A stretch of 60,975 nt of DNA from a virus. Its lineage: Duplodnaviria; Caudoviricetes. The notes beneath the pieces were generated by a model. That model saw only the letters and a program-made list of their open reading frames with translations. It ran no database searches and was not told the origin of the DNA. The position numbers were made by a program, and so were the translations under genes. The stretch spans positions 1-60,975 of the IMG/VR virus record IMGVR_UViG_3300019886_000001, one strand, 5' to 3'. Below are positions 47,529 to 57,043 of this stretch, piece by piece (within the stretch, counting starts at the first letter, position 1; every line of letters begins with the position of its first letter).

Positions 47529-49643
47529 TTATTGTGTTTGAATGTTCTTTGATGGCATATTGAAGGTAAGTGCAAATTCATATTGCCCCAAGTTAGTTTC
47601 ATATTCAGCAAATGATGCAGTATTAACAATAACCGTTTGCCATTTCAAAGGGTTTTGGCCGGTAAGTATCTGCACTTTCGGGCTGAACTTCATGGATTGG
47701 CAACCCTTAATATCATCAACAGACATATCCACTGCATGCACCTGAACCTTTTCTGAAGCTGATTTGCTGATCACATCTTCAATGGATTGTTCGTTTTCCC
47801 AATCATCAACATACCTGGTTATAAGTTGGGCATTCTGCACATCCAGGTTGTGTTCCTGATTGAAGATGAACCTGTAATAATTCCATGATCCTGTTAAGCC
47901 TATCCACCGCAAATACACGCTGTTATAATCACAATTTTTATCTATCCTGACTATCTGATCAGAAACCACCTGTTGTGGATTGCCCCCCGAATTATCATAG
48001 AAGATGCCTATCTTGATAAAGTAAACATCATCAGCAAAATCATTATCTATCAATAGCCGGTTCAGGCCAACGTGTTCAACAATTGGGGTATTGAAAAATG
48101 ACTGTTCACCAATAATGAACTTGCTGCCATCTTCATTAAGTATGTAACTGCTATCTTCATTTAACAGGAATGTTGTGATGGATGATCCACCCCCGATAAC
48201 TTCACGGTTAATATCCAATAAGGTTATTTTTGAATACAACTGCCTGCCTGCAACCTTTTCACTATAAATAAATGAAAGATCAAAAGGGAATGTTAAGCTG
48301 TATACAGGTTCTTTGAATTCAGTAATCCATTTTGCAGATCGATTTGTAAAAGGAACGTATTCAATTAGATTACCCCCCCACTTATCACCAAGCTGCCTGG
48401 CTGTAAACACTACATAAAAAGGATCTTCCAACGGTATGAAGTCGCTTGTGTGCCCGGTGTTCCCATCAGCATCAATGGTTCCATCTTCCCAATGTTCAGC
48501 GTATGCGATCTGATAAGATGCAGAAAGGTTGGAATCCCGAAAGTTTATTTCAGTGTAATCACTATCATCTTTTATCTGAAGCAATGATTGCATGAAGTTT
48601 TTGAAATCAGCCTTAACCAACCCGGTTGCATCTGCACTGTTCTTTGATATTAAGGTTTTACCAGGTTGCCCGGTGATCGGATCATTGAATGTTATTTGAG
48701 TATAGATTTTATAGTACGGCTTCATGGTATCTGAATTCATGAACCCGGTGGTGGTGGTACTCCAAACCACATCACATGAAACACTGGATATGGTTGCAGC
48801 CAATACTTTGAACACCCCCGTATAAACATCAGTATTGATGTACACGTAAATTGCAATACCATTAACCCCGGCTGCTTTTTGTGTTGCAATGGCATTAACC
48901 AAAATTGTTAAATCACCATTGATGTTGAAAGTAACCCCGTGTATAGTGCGCAATGGCTGCACATCAGAATATAGTGATGCACTGGCAACTTCATAATCCT
49001 TTCGCTGATATTGAAACACAATAGGGTTGAAGGCAGCATTCCACCGGGAACGGCTCCCACCTATGTTTACGGATGGATCTTTTACAAGAAGGTTGGCAGT
49101 TGTTTGAATAGTTACCTGGCCATTAACAGCACAACCAATCGGGTTGGCATCCCTTAACCATACAGTTTTAACACCACCTGATAAGCCGGTGAATGTTTTT
49201 GAAGATTGGAAGGTGATGTTATCCAGGGAATATTCAATTGGCCCATAACTGGATGTGGCATTTACTGTAAGCACTGCATCATTGGCACCAATAAATGATT
49301 CATTGGTATTTTCAAATGATCTTAATACTAAGTCACACTGATTAACAGGTGGTGCCGGATCGGGTGCTTCTGATTGTGATGTGATCCTGAAGGATGTATT
49401 TACACCATGTGAGGGGTTTGTATCCCGAATAACACCTGTCCAAATTCCAGTCCATTGACCAGGTATTGTTGTTGTACCCGGTGTATCCACACCATTCAAG
49501 GTGATCACATAAGTAACAACAATATTATCACCGTTTACAGGATTGCCCGTTGCAGGATCAATAACAGAAATCCTTACTTGGCCAACAGTTTGTGTGCCTG
49601 ATTGGAAAGTATTTGAATAGTCAATAATTGCAAGCTTTGCCAT
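47529..49643 (-). CDS. Tail structural protein with Ig/SprB-like domain
   Basis: IEYSLDNITFQSSKTFTGLSGG..VWLRDAN; YLRWIGLTGSWNYYRF C-terminal domain. Confidence 0.65.
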   Translation of the reverse strand: MAKLAIIDYSNTFQSGTQTVGQVRISVIDPATGNPVNGDNIVVTYVITLNGVDTPGTTTIPGQWTGIWTGVIRDTNPSHGVNTSFRITSQSEAPDPAPPVNQCDLVLRSFENTNESFIGANDAVLTVNATSSYGPIEYSLDNITFQSSKTFTGLSGGVKTVWLRDANPIGCAVNGQVTIQTTANLLVKDPSVNIGGSRSRWNAAFNPIVFQYQRKDYEVASASLYSDVQPLRTIHGVTFNINGDLTILVNAIATQKAAGVNGIAIYVYINTDVYTGVFKVLAATISSVSCDVVWSTTTTGFMNSDTMKPYYKIYTQITFNDPITGQPGKTLISKNSADATGLVKADFKNFMQSLLQIKDDSDYTEINFRDSNLSASYQIAYAEHWEDGTIDADGNTGHTSDFIPLEDPFYVVFTARQLGDKWGGNLIEYVPFTNRSAKWITEFKEPVYSLTFPFDLSFIYSEKVAGRQLYSKITLLDINREVIGGGSSITTFLLNEDSSYILNEDGSKFIIGEQSFFNTPIVEHVGLNRLLIDNDFADDVYFIKIGIFYDNSGGNPQQVVSDQIVRIDKNCDYNSVYLRWIGLTGSWNYYRFIFNQEHNLDVQNAQLITRYVDDWENEQSIEDVISKSASEKVQVHAVDMSVDDIKGCQSMKFSPKVQILTGQNPLKWQTVIVNTASFAEYETNLGQYEFALTFNMPSKNIQTQ

Positions 49644-50104
49644 TATGCTGTTTGTTCTTGTGGAATGTAAATTGAATTGGATATTTCAACCTGGAATAAT
49701 TCAGCCATGATACTTAATTGCTTAGTCATTACCCGATCAACATTTTCTTCTGATAGTGGAACATCAATGATGCCCGGTGTGCCTGGGTATCCATGTTCAT
49801 GTATATGCTTGGCTATGATGTAGGAAAGCTTCACATCAATTCCTTTGGCTTCACACCACACGGCAATTTCTTCCCTTAATGTGGGATCACCGGCCGGTGT
49901 GCCTGGCTTGGTTGGCTTCCTGCCTTCCTGCAATGCGTATATCCACCACGGCCCGGTTAATTGTGCTTCATCATTGGTTGCAGTTACTTCCAGTTTCCTT
50001 TCAGTGCTTCCAGTGGCAACGCGGTTGGATAGGGCAAAGGATTTGATTAGATCAATCCTAAGTTCGGATACCACTTGCAACAACTGTTTTTGAACGTTTG
50101 CCAT
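49643..50104 (-). CDS. Putative neck/tail-completion protein
   Basis: ATGST..L; GRKP..P; I..WC..KGI; YIIAKHIHEHG. Confidence 0.55.
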   Translation of the reverse strand: MANVQKQLLQVVSELRIDLIKSFALSNRVATGSTERKLEVTATNDEAQLTGPWWIYALQEGRKPTKPGTPAGDPTLREEIAVWCEAKGIDVKLSYIIAKHIHEHGYPGTPGIIDVPLSEENVDRVMTKQLSIMAELFQVEISNSIYIPQEQTA

Positions 50105-50353
50105 TTAGTTTGCTGAAAAATGCTTGTGAACCATTCTTGTTTTATCACCTGGATGTACGGGATCTGCCAACACCTGTTTAACGCTCTTATCAGGAATGAT
50201 ATTCCTAACATGCTTCAAGTATGTTATTGGAAGGTTATAAAGCTGCCAATGAAGCTGAAGCCTGATAAATGGTTTTGTAACAAGTTTGGTTGCCCGATCA
50301 TCCATGATTGGGTATAAAGATAAATTAAAGTTTAATAAAAAAAGCCCTACCAT
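50105..50353 (-). CDS. Hypothetical protein (start probably MDDRATK)
   Basis: The 5' part of the ORF call overlaps a terminator. Confidence 0.5.
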   Translation of the reverse strand: MVGLFLLNFNLSLYPIMDDRATKLVTKPFIRLQLHWQLYNLPITYLKHVRNIIPDKSVKQVLADPVHPGDKTRMVHKHFSAN

Positions 50354-50371
50354 TTTTAGTGGTAAGGCTTT
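50337..50371 (-). terminator. Intrinsic terminator
   Basis: aagccttacca/tggtagggctt stem plus T7. Confidence 0.7.
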
Positions 50372-50437
50372 CTGAAAAAATAAGTATTTGCGCTTATTGG
50401 ATATAAAGAACGAACCACTAAGGGTTGATCAAATGTA

Positions 50438-50974
50438 CTAAAAACAAAGTTTCTTATTATAAAATGTTTTCAGGTCCATGGTAAGGATACGGCCATAAAG
50501 ATTTACATCATCCTTATTGAATATTGGTTTAGTCTTGGATGCATCACCAACGTTTACTTCAAACAGCTTCCTACCAACATTATCTTTGGCCTTGCATAGC
50601 CTGATCAGGAATTCATTTATTAGATCGGTAAGCTGCACATCCAGTACTTCACACTGTTCAGTGTTAGTGCCCAATTCAATTTTATAACCAAAGAATAAGA
50701 AGATGCTGAAGGTGTTATTGATTGAATAATTGTTGGTGTACTCATTACCAACACCCTGCAATGAATACATGAACACCACCGGGTTCAGTACATTTTCAAT
50801 AACAGGTGGGGAAATAGGTGTTGGCCCCGGTGTAATCTTGACGGTTGATAATTCAACATCATCAATCTTCACGTTCAATTCGGCTTCAGTGCCGTAAATA
50901 AATGCAGGTGGGATTGCTGAACCCGAACCAACCATGCTTACTACAATAGCCTGAATTTCTGCTTTTAATGCCAT
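50438..50974 (-). CDS. Putative tail terminator/structural protein
   Basis: Context and alpha/beta pattern. Confidence 0.45.
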   Translation of the reverse strand: MALKAEIQAIVVSMVGSGSAIPPAFIYGTEAELNVKIDDVELSTVKITPGPTPISPPVIENVLNPVVFMYSLQGVGNEYTNNYSINNTFSIFLFFGYKIELGTNTEQCEVLDVQLTDLINEFLIRLCKAKDNVGRKLFEVNVGDASKTKPIFNKDDVNLYGRILTMDLKTFYNKKLCF

Positions 50975-51276
50975 TATACGGTGTGATTCATTTTTAATAA
51001 TCTACCTGAATAGTATCTTCTATAACCATGAAGGTATGAATTGTGAACTAATATTTTACCGTTAATCTTTTCACCCCAAATTTTACCTTTCTTAATATCC
51101 ATCCTTAAAGTGGATAAAGACCTGTTAAAAAGTTTTGAAAGTTCCTTTAATGAATAACAGTTTTTAAAGTGCAAATGACCAATGGCATCCTGAACCATTT
51201 TCATTTCATGATCATGGTTTTGCGGTGCTTCACCAATAACATTGTATTCAATTCCATCAATTATTTTCGTTGCCAT
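50974..51276 (-). CDS. MerR/excisionase-like HTH protein
   Basis: YSLKELSKLFNRSLSTLRMDIKKGKI..KINGKILV. Confidence 0.6.
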   Translation of the reverse strand: MATKIIDGIEYNVIGEAPQNHDHEMKMVQDAIGHLHFKNCYSLKELSKLFNRSLSTLRMDIKKGKIWGEKINGKILVHNSYLHGYRRYYSGRLLKMNHTV

Positions 51277-51545
51277 TACTGTAAAGTTGCTTGATTGCTT
51301 CTTTCCTTATTGCCGTTATCAACTTCAATTTCAGAAATCTTTTTTAACACACGTTGCTTCTGTAAATATATTTGATTTTTCTGAATAAAGTTAGTGTTGG
51401 CATTATACTTCAATGTGAGTTCATCCCTTTCAGCAAGCAGCAGTTCATATTCTGATTTTTCGGGTGCAGCTTCAGCGATCACTTCAGGCTGTTCCTTCAC
51501 TGCCTGGTTGATTCGGTTTTTACGGTTACGGTTTCTTTTTCCCAT
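51276..51545 (-). CDS. Hypothetical protein
   Basis: TAATG overlaps on both sides. Confidence 0.65.
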   Translation of the reverse strand: MGKRNRNRKNRINQAVKEQPEVIAEAAPEKSEYELLLAERDELTLKYNANTNFIQKNQIYLQKQRVLKKISEIEVDNGNKERSNQATLQ

Positions 51546-51816
51546 TATGAATTTTCTTTAATCATTAATTTCTGATAACGTTTTTGGTATTCGGCTTCAA
51601 CCTTATTTAATCGCAATTTAGTTAATACCAACGAATAAGGCATAGCCATTATTTCATACCACTTGGTGAGATCACCACCGGCTAAACTATTTACCGTATT
51701 GTAGTACCCGAATATTTCAAACTTCTTAATGCCTGCTTTTTTCTCAATTGCTGTTTGAACACTTGATAATAACTTACTTTCGGTTTCAATAAGTTGGGAT
51801 AATTTAAAAAAAAAAA
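51545..51816 (-). CDS. -1 frameshift extension of the tail assembly chaperone (GT-like)
   Basis: Open -1 frame from the T11 slippery run to TAA at 51545-51547, which overlaps the next ATG. Confidence 0.65.
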
Positions 51817-52374
51817 CGTTGCAATTGGTAAAGCCTGGGTGATAGGCAGCTTCACCACTTCTGATTCAAAGGCTTCAGCTTCATATTCATTGTAAGGCTT
51901 TTTTGTTGCAGGGCAAAAGAAGTATTGGGCTAAAACCCTTGCTGCTGATTTAAGTGATGGCTTAAAGTTTAACTGCCAATCTTCTTCACCAAAGAACTTT
52001 TGACATTCGTTTATTTCTTCAGCAATAATATCCCGGCAATTCAGGTAAGCCCCGGCCGGTTCCACTGAAAGGTTGGACATTACAGGGATTGTTCTTCCCA
52101 TCAGCTTAACTTCTTTTGGGATGGTTGCCTGTTCCTGATACACATACTGTATCTGATGTGTGAGGCTTAATACGTGTTCATGGAATTGCTGAAAATCATC
52201 AATGTTACGCACATTGTAAAGCTGTTCACCCAACCCTGATAATACACCGATCACCTGCACTTCAGAAAGATCAGCATCCAGGCCAATCAGCATACCAAGT
52301 GTTATTTCTTCAAGGGTGGATGGTATGCTTACTTTTAGTTTACCGTCTGTTGTTTTAAGTATCTTGCTAATCAT
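51691..52374 (-). CDS. Putative tail assembly chaperone (G-like)
   Basis: IPSTLEEITLG start; FFF encoded by a slippery poly-T run. Confidence 0.6.
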   Translation of the reverse strand: MISKILKTTDGKLKVSIPSTLEEITLGMLIGLDADLSEVQVIGVLSGLGEQLYNVRNIDDFQQFHEHVLSLTHQIQYVYQEQATIPKEVKLMGRTIPVMSNLSVEPAGAYLNCRDIIAEEINECQKFFGEEDWQLNFKPSLKSAARVLAQYFFCPATKKPYNEYEAEAFESEVVKLPITQALPIATFFFLNYPNLLKPKVSYYQVFKQQLRKKQALRSLKYSGTTIR

Positions 52375-52754
52375 AATTTAGGGAAGTGCATTTTTGAATC
52401 CATAGTTAGTTGTTCTTTAAGTTCTACTTCGCTGATACCTGAAATTTGTAAAGGTTCCTGATTGATTGGCAATACTTCAAATGTTATTTCTTCAGCATCA
52501 TAGTTTGATTCAATCACAATAAATCGGTAATCATTATACTGTTTTGAACCAAGACATTTTTCTATCTGTTCAACCATTGTTGGATTCATGCCATCTTCTT
52601 CACTTATTGGGTCCAGGCATGGCACCCGTACAACTATCAATGGCTTTGGCATCTTCTTATCCCTTCGGGCATCAATGATAACATTACGAATAACATCTAC
52701 AATTACCAACACTACTAAAATGGCAATAACACTGAATGGATCTAAATTGTGCAT
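52371..52754 (-). CDS. Membrane-anchored hypothetical protein
   Basis: N-terminal TM. Confidence 0.6.
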   Translation of the reverse strand: MHNLDPFSVIAILVVLVIVDVIRNVIIDARRDKKMPKPLIVVRVPCLDPISEEDGMNPTMVEQIEKCLGSKQYNDYRFIVIESNYDAEEITFEVLPINQEPLQISGISEVELKEQLTMDSKMHFPKL

Positions 52755-53053
52755 GATGGTTTGTTTTGAATAGTTTGTTTTTTTATTGGGCTAAAAAGCA
52801 ATGTATCATAATATATTCGTTCTGATGCTTCAGATGTAACGGATGCAAACCTTATTATTTCGCACTTTAATAAATCAGCATGTAAACCAAATTCACTGAC
52901 AAAATAAGCATATTGTTCATCCTGATTTGGCCATTTTAAATAAGGTAAAAGATTATTTAAATCCACCACATCTACAATGATAGTATCCATTGATTGGATA
53001 GTATTTATTTTCACTTCACCGCTTATAAGATCAGTTAATTTATATTCAGCCAT
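52742..53053 (-). CDS. Hypothetical protein
   Basis: ORF in operon. Confidence 0.6.
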   Translation of the reverse strand: MAEYKLTDLISGEVKINTIQSMDTIIVDVVDLNNLLPYLKWPNQDEQYAYFVSEFGLHADLLKCEIIRFASVTSEASERIYYDTLLFSPIKKQTIQNKPSCTI

Positions 53054-53310
53054 TAAAGTATATCCCCCCTTCTAAAACTCATATCAAGCAACACTTCCAA
53101 CTTTCTGAAGTTACGTTGCATTTCCCGGTGGTGCATAAAATCAGAATAGGTTACATGATATTCAGAACTTCTTTGTGCAACAAGCACTTGATATTCCAGG
53201 CTGTAAAATTTGGTGATGGCAGCAAATATGATTAGGTACAATTCATAATCCCCTTTAAGCATTGCCCAATCAAATAAAGCAAGCAGGTTTTGGAAGTTAG
53301 GGATTGGCAT
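53053..53310 (-). CDS. Hypothetical protein
   Basis: After the TACATTTG/GAACTTAA promoter at 53322-53340. Confidence 0.6.
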   Translation of the reverse strand: MPIPNFQNLLALFDWAMLKGDYELYLIIFAAITKFYSLEYQVLVAQRSSEYHVTYSDFMHHREMQRNFRKLEVLLDMSFRRGDIL

Positions 53311-53344
53311 TGTGATGATTATTAAGTTCGATCAAATGTAATGT

Positions 53345-53605
53345 TTATGCAACGTAATTTGCAACTGTATTTATCATTTCTTCTTTCAACTGCTTGTACA
53401 TATCCTGAAGCTGCACTTTGGAAAACTTACCAATATTTATTTCCCTTACATTCCAGTGATCTTTGCCCAACCAGGTGCAGGAAGTCTTTATGAACTTATG
53501 GCCCGGCCGTGCTTTCTTCCCATTGAAATAATAATGTGACTTGAACTTTACCCGGCTTGCAATGTTAAGTGTTTTGCCCAATGAATCTGATGATATACTT
53601 CCCAT
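53345..53605 (-). CDS. Hypothetical protein
   Basis: Follows the terminase. Confidence 0.55.
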   Translation of the reverse strand: MGSISSDSLGKTLNIASRVKFKSHYYFNGKKARPGHKFIKTSCTWLGKDHWNVREINIGKFSKVQLQDMYKQLKEEMINTVANYVA

Positions 53606-53609
53606 AATT

Positions 53610-54839
53610 TTAACTGATCATACTGTTTATTACATCCCCAAAGCCTTCAGGCATTTCACGGTGTGGTAACCTGGATTTTGGTGTGCCGGTTGATTTGATC
53701 TTCAGCTTATTCAAAGCTACATAACGTAACGGATCAATCAAGTGGTTAAAGGTCCCGATTGGTTCATTAAGTGTTTTGCCGGTTCTGTCTTTTTTCCAAA
53801 TGTATTTCCCTAATTCCATACGTAGGTGAATACTTTTACGGGTAACATTTATTCGGTAACGCTTAACAATATCAATCCCATTCTTCACACTATCAGCACC
53901 TTTTTTGGCTTCTTTTGTATTCCATCCCAACCGCTTTAATTCTTCAATACTCTTAGGTTCGGCACTATCACAAATTATTTCAATGTTTTTGCTTATCCCA
54001 AGATCCTTTAAATGATCACTTATATCAGGATTTGTTAACCCCTTTTTGTAAATCAGTTCATTCAACCATAGTTCACCATTTTGCATGTAGACTTCTAAAC
54101 ACCCGGTTTCATCATTGGTAAATCCAAAGTCAAGGCCCAAAGCAATCAGCTTGGCATCAATAGGTATATCAGCACAAATGAACCAATTCTTTATGATTAG
54201 GCCATCAATCTTTCCAGTTAGCCCCCGTGCGTAAACTTTCCATAATTCAATATCTTCATGAATAAGCCGTTCAATGCTTTCATGCATATCATCACTTATG
54301 AATGGGTTGGTTCGGTGATCACTGATAAAATTATCCACTGAAGGATAAACCTTTGGGTTGTTCAACACCTGTTCATGCACCCAAAATGATGCTGAAGGAT
54401 TGTAATCCAGGAAGGTTTGCATTTCGGTTCTTCTTTGAAGCTGCTGAAATATGGGATAATCTATACCATTGGCTTCATTGATAAACAGGTAATCCCTTTT
54501 ACCTGATCGGGCATCCTGTTCATTGTCGTAACTTTTAAATTCAATTATGCTACCATTATGGAATATCAGTTGCCTATCAGTTTTATTGTAATTTTTGATT
54601 TGGGTTTGTAAGATCGGTGAAGATTTGATTATTCTTCCCATATCACTAATTGGGCCTGATTTTAGATTCGGTACATCCTGGCCAACAACTGTTATTCTTA
54701 GATCGGATGTTTCAACAGCATGGCTTGCCAACACCTGAAGGATACTGTAAGTCTTTCCCGACCAGGTTCCCCCCTGGTTGTTTACAATCTTGGCAATTGA
54801 ATTTCGGTTTGCTTCAAATACAATGGATGCTTCAAACAT
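53610..54839 (-). CDS. terL: Terminase large subunit (PBSX/SPP1-like)
   Basis: QGGTWSGKT, LFINEA, DYNP, GLDFGF, CDSAEP, NHLIDPLRY. Confidence 0.95.
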   Translation of the reverse strand: MFEASIVFEANRNSIAKIVNNQGGTWSGKTYSILQVLASHAVETSDLRITVVGQDVPNLKSGPISDMGRIIKSSPILQTQIKNYNKTDRQLIFHNGSIIEFKSYDNEQDARSGKRDYLFINEANGIDYPIFQQLQRRTEMQTFLDYNPSASFWVHEQVLNNPKVYPSVDNFISDHRTNPFISDDMHESIERLIHEDIELWKVYARGLTGKIDGLIIKNWFICADIPIDAKLIALGLDFGFTNDETGCLEVYMQNGELWLNELIYKKGLTNPDISDHLKDLGISKNIEIICDSAEPKSIEELKRLGWNTKEAKKGADSVKNGIDIVKRYRINVTRKSIHLRMELGKYIWKKDRTGKTLNEPIGTFNHLIDPLRYVALNKLKIKSTGTPKSRLPHREMPEGFGDVINSMIS

Positions 54840-55285
54840 TATTTTTCCCTGGGTTCATCTTCTGTTAATCCTTCTTCAATTATAATATCCTTTTCGGATG
54901 TGTGCAGGGATATTTTGCCGGTGGAATGAATGATGCTGATTGTTGGGTTGATGCGTTCCCCTTCTGAAGTCATATCAATTTCTTGTTTTGGTGCACCATA
55001 CCCTGAATCCATCAGTAGCTTGTAAGATTGGTTATCACCATCAATGGCTTTCTTCACCTGAACCAAAGTCATGACTTCTTCCATTGTCATTTTCTTAGGC
55101 ATCTTGGGCGCAATTTTTCTTAAATCAAGTTCTTTATCATCAGGTAGCGTTGCAAGCATTCCCAATACCCTTCTTGCAATAGTGTTCCTATTTAACGCAC
55201 CTTTTGGCTTCCCTTTCGGGTTCCCTGATTCCCCCGGCTTGAATGGTGTTGCCCCTTTTGGTATTTCCCCTTCTACAAATGGCAT
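54839..55285 (-). CDS. terS: Terminase small subunit
   Basis: FKPGESGNPKGKPKG motif; directly upstream of terL. Confidence 0.75.
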   Translation of the reverse strand: MPFVEGEIPKGATPFKPGESGNPKGKPKGALNRNTIARRVLGMLATLPDDKELDLRKIAPKMPKKMTMEEVMTLVQVKKAIDGDNQSYKLLMDSGYGAPKQEIDMTSEGERINPTISIIHSTGKISLHTSEKDIIIEEGLTEDEPREK

Positions 55286-55458
55286 AAATCTTTACTGTTA
55301 TGTTACTGTAAGCTGTTAAAGTTATTACTGCTTATTACCTCAAATCTACATATTGAAGCGCAATAAATGCAAATACGTTATATTATTCTATTGAAATGGT
55401 GTTTTTTGGAATAAGATTTGGCTTATTCTATTATTTGGAATTGGTATAAATGATTGTT

Positions 55459-55479
55459 TATATTTGCTGTTGAACTTAA
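55459..55479 (+). promoter_or_regulatory. Promoter for the plus-strand island
   Basis: TATATTTG-ctgtt-GAACTTAA-12nt-ATG. Confidence 0.7.
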
Positions 55480-55491
55480 TACTTTTCAATT

Positions 55492-55746
55492 ATGTATAAA
55501 CATTACAAAAAGCTTATAGGCTTTCAATTCATTACCATCACTGAAGATCAGTTTAAACAGGAAAAGACATTCAGCAAGCTACATTCGGTGTGGGTGCCGT
55601 TATGCTTCATGAAGAAACTGATACAATCGTTTTGCTTCCTGTTGAGCATATCAGATATGCTTATGTTCCTACATCGGAAACGGTTAAAGCTTTTTTACAT
55701 GATCACTATGTTAATAATCCAAAAAAGAAATCATGATGGAATATAG
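55492..55746 (+). CDS. Hypothetical protein
   Basis: ATG 12 nt after GAACTTAA. Confidence 0.55.
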   Translation: MYKHYKKLIGFQFITITEDQFKQEKTFSKLHSVWVPLCFMKKLIQSFCFLLSISDMLMFLHRKRLKLFYMITMLIIQKRNHDGI

Positions 55747-56002
55747 AATATTGGAATCAAAAGGCTTCTTTACCATTCAGGTAAAAGAGATCATCACCAA
55801 AACTTCAGGCTTCCTTTGGTGGAAAAAATCAGAACAGGTTGAACAATGGGTATGTGCTGATGAACTTGGTTATCCATACCATTTTTATAGTTATCCCCGG
55901 CTTAATATTTTTAGACCTATGAAGTCATTTGGCACACTGGAAGCTGCCAATGCCCGTATCAAAGTTTTACTTTCACCACCTGTAATTCACTATCCATCAT
56001 GA
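55733..56002 (+). CDS. Hypothetical protein
   Basis: YRI....F.IQ....FLWW pattern; in operon. Confidence 0.65.
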   Translation: MMEYRILESKGFFTIQVKEIITKTSGFLWWKKSEQVEQWVCADELGYPYHFYSYPRLNIFRPMKSFGTLEAANARIKVLLSPPVIHYPS

Positions 56003-56466
56003 ACAAATTCCAAAAAGAAAAACTGAAGGCTTTAAATAAGCTTTACCGGGAACGTGCCTATCTTGGGCATAAAGCACACCATTTATCTGTTAACAGACTC
56101 CCCAAAATGCGTTCATCCAAACGGATTAAGCACGGTATCATGCAACTGTTTAACCTGGCTATCAAATACGAATCCCTTACTTTTCAAATGCTTGCTGTTG
56201 CAGCCCAACCAATGCCTAATAAATTTCCAAAGGGTGGTTCATGCTCTGAAGTTATGATCACTGATCTTCCTATTCATTGCGATCCACACCGGGCACCCGA
56301 ACAGGTTATTATGATCAACCCAAATACCAAACTACCAAAACGTGTTGCCATCATTGGTGGTGGTATGAGCACCGGCAAAACGGCTGCAATTCTTTCACAC
56401 AATAATGGTATTCATATAGCTGAAAGCCTTGCTGAAGTAATGCGTAAACGTTTTAAATCTGAATAA
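55999..56466 (+). CDS. Hypothetical protein
   Basis: ATGA overlap. Confidence 0.65.
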   Translation: MNKFQKEKLKALNKLYRERAYLGHKAHHLSVNRLPKMRSSKRIKHGIMQLFNLAIKYESLTFQMLAVAAQPMPNKFPKGGSCSEVMITDLPIHCDPHRAPEQVIMINPNTKLPKRVAIIGGGMSTGKTAAILSHNNGIHIAESLAEVMRKRFKSE

Positions 56467-56467
56467 T

Positions 56468-56704
56468 ATGCCCGGAATAACTAAACTGGAAGCTATAGAA
56501 CAATTTTGTGCCAAGCTGCAAACTGAACTGATTGCCGGGCTTGAAGAAGGAAGAACAGTTGTTGTTGATGTGATGCACCTGAAGAACGATCTGATCAGTT
56601 CCGGCATTATAAAAGTTTCAATTACTTTACCCATGGATCTTGAAGGTGGGTTTATTGCCCTGGAAGCCGATGCAGATAATTTTAAATTTCATAAAGACTT
56701 TTGA
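56468..56704 (+). CDS. Hypothetical protein
   Basis: In operon. Confidence 0.6.
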   Translation: MPGITKLEAIEQFCAKLQTELIAGLEEGRTVVVDVMHLKNDLISSGIIKVSITLPMDLEGGFIALEADADNFKFHKDF

Positions 56705-56926
56705 ATGAAATCATTTAGCGTTTGGAGTGAAGGCTATGCAGCAACAGGTGAAAGTTCACCGGCTGAATTTCTTGGAGTATTTGAAGGGAAGAACTTTAAG
56801 GATGCCTGTTATAATGCTTTAGTAAAATTGGAATGGGATTTATCATACTACAATTCCAAATCAAATTCTTATTGGGCTTGTAGGTTTTACGACAATGAAA
56901 TCGATGCACGTAAAAATTTCGGATAG
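56705..56926 (+). CDS. Small phage protein
   Basis: WSEGYAATG...FKDAC...WACRFYDNE.DARK.FG. Confidence 0.7.
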   Translation: MKSFSVWSEGYAATGESSPAEFLGVFEGKNFKDACYNALVKLEWDLSYYNSKSNSYWACRFYDNEIDARKNFG

Positions 56927-57012
56927 GCAATTCAGCCCCTACAATTAATTATTTTCATTCCGGCATACAATGCCATCATTTACATGCCGTTCATAACAGG
57001 CACCAAAGAAAG

Positions 57013-57043
57013 AAGCCCTTTAGCGTTTAAACTAAAGGGCTTT
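57013..57043. terminator. Bidirectional terminator between convergent units
   Basis: aagccctttag/ctaaagggctt stem. Confidence 0.7.

Noticed and set aside
56340-56390. GGGMSTGKT as a P-loop NTPase
   Set aside because: Near the C-terminus of a 155-aa protein, with no room for the rest of the fold
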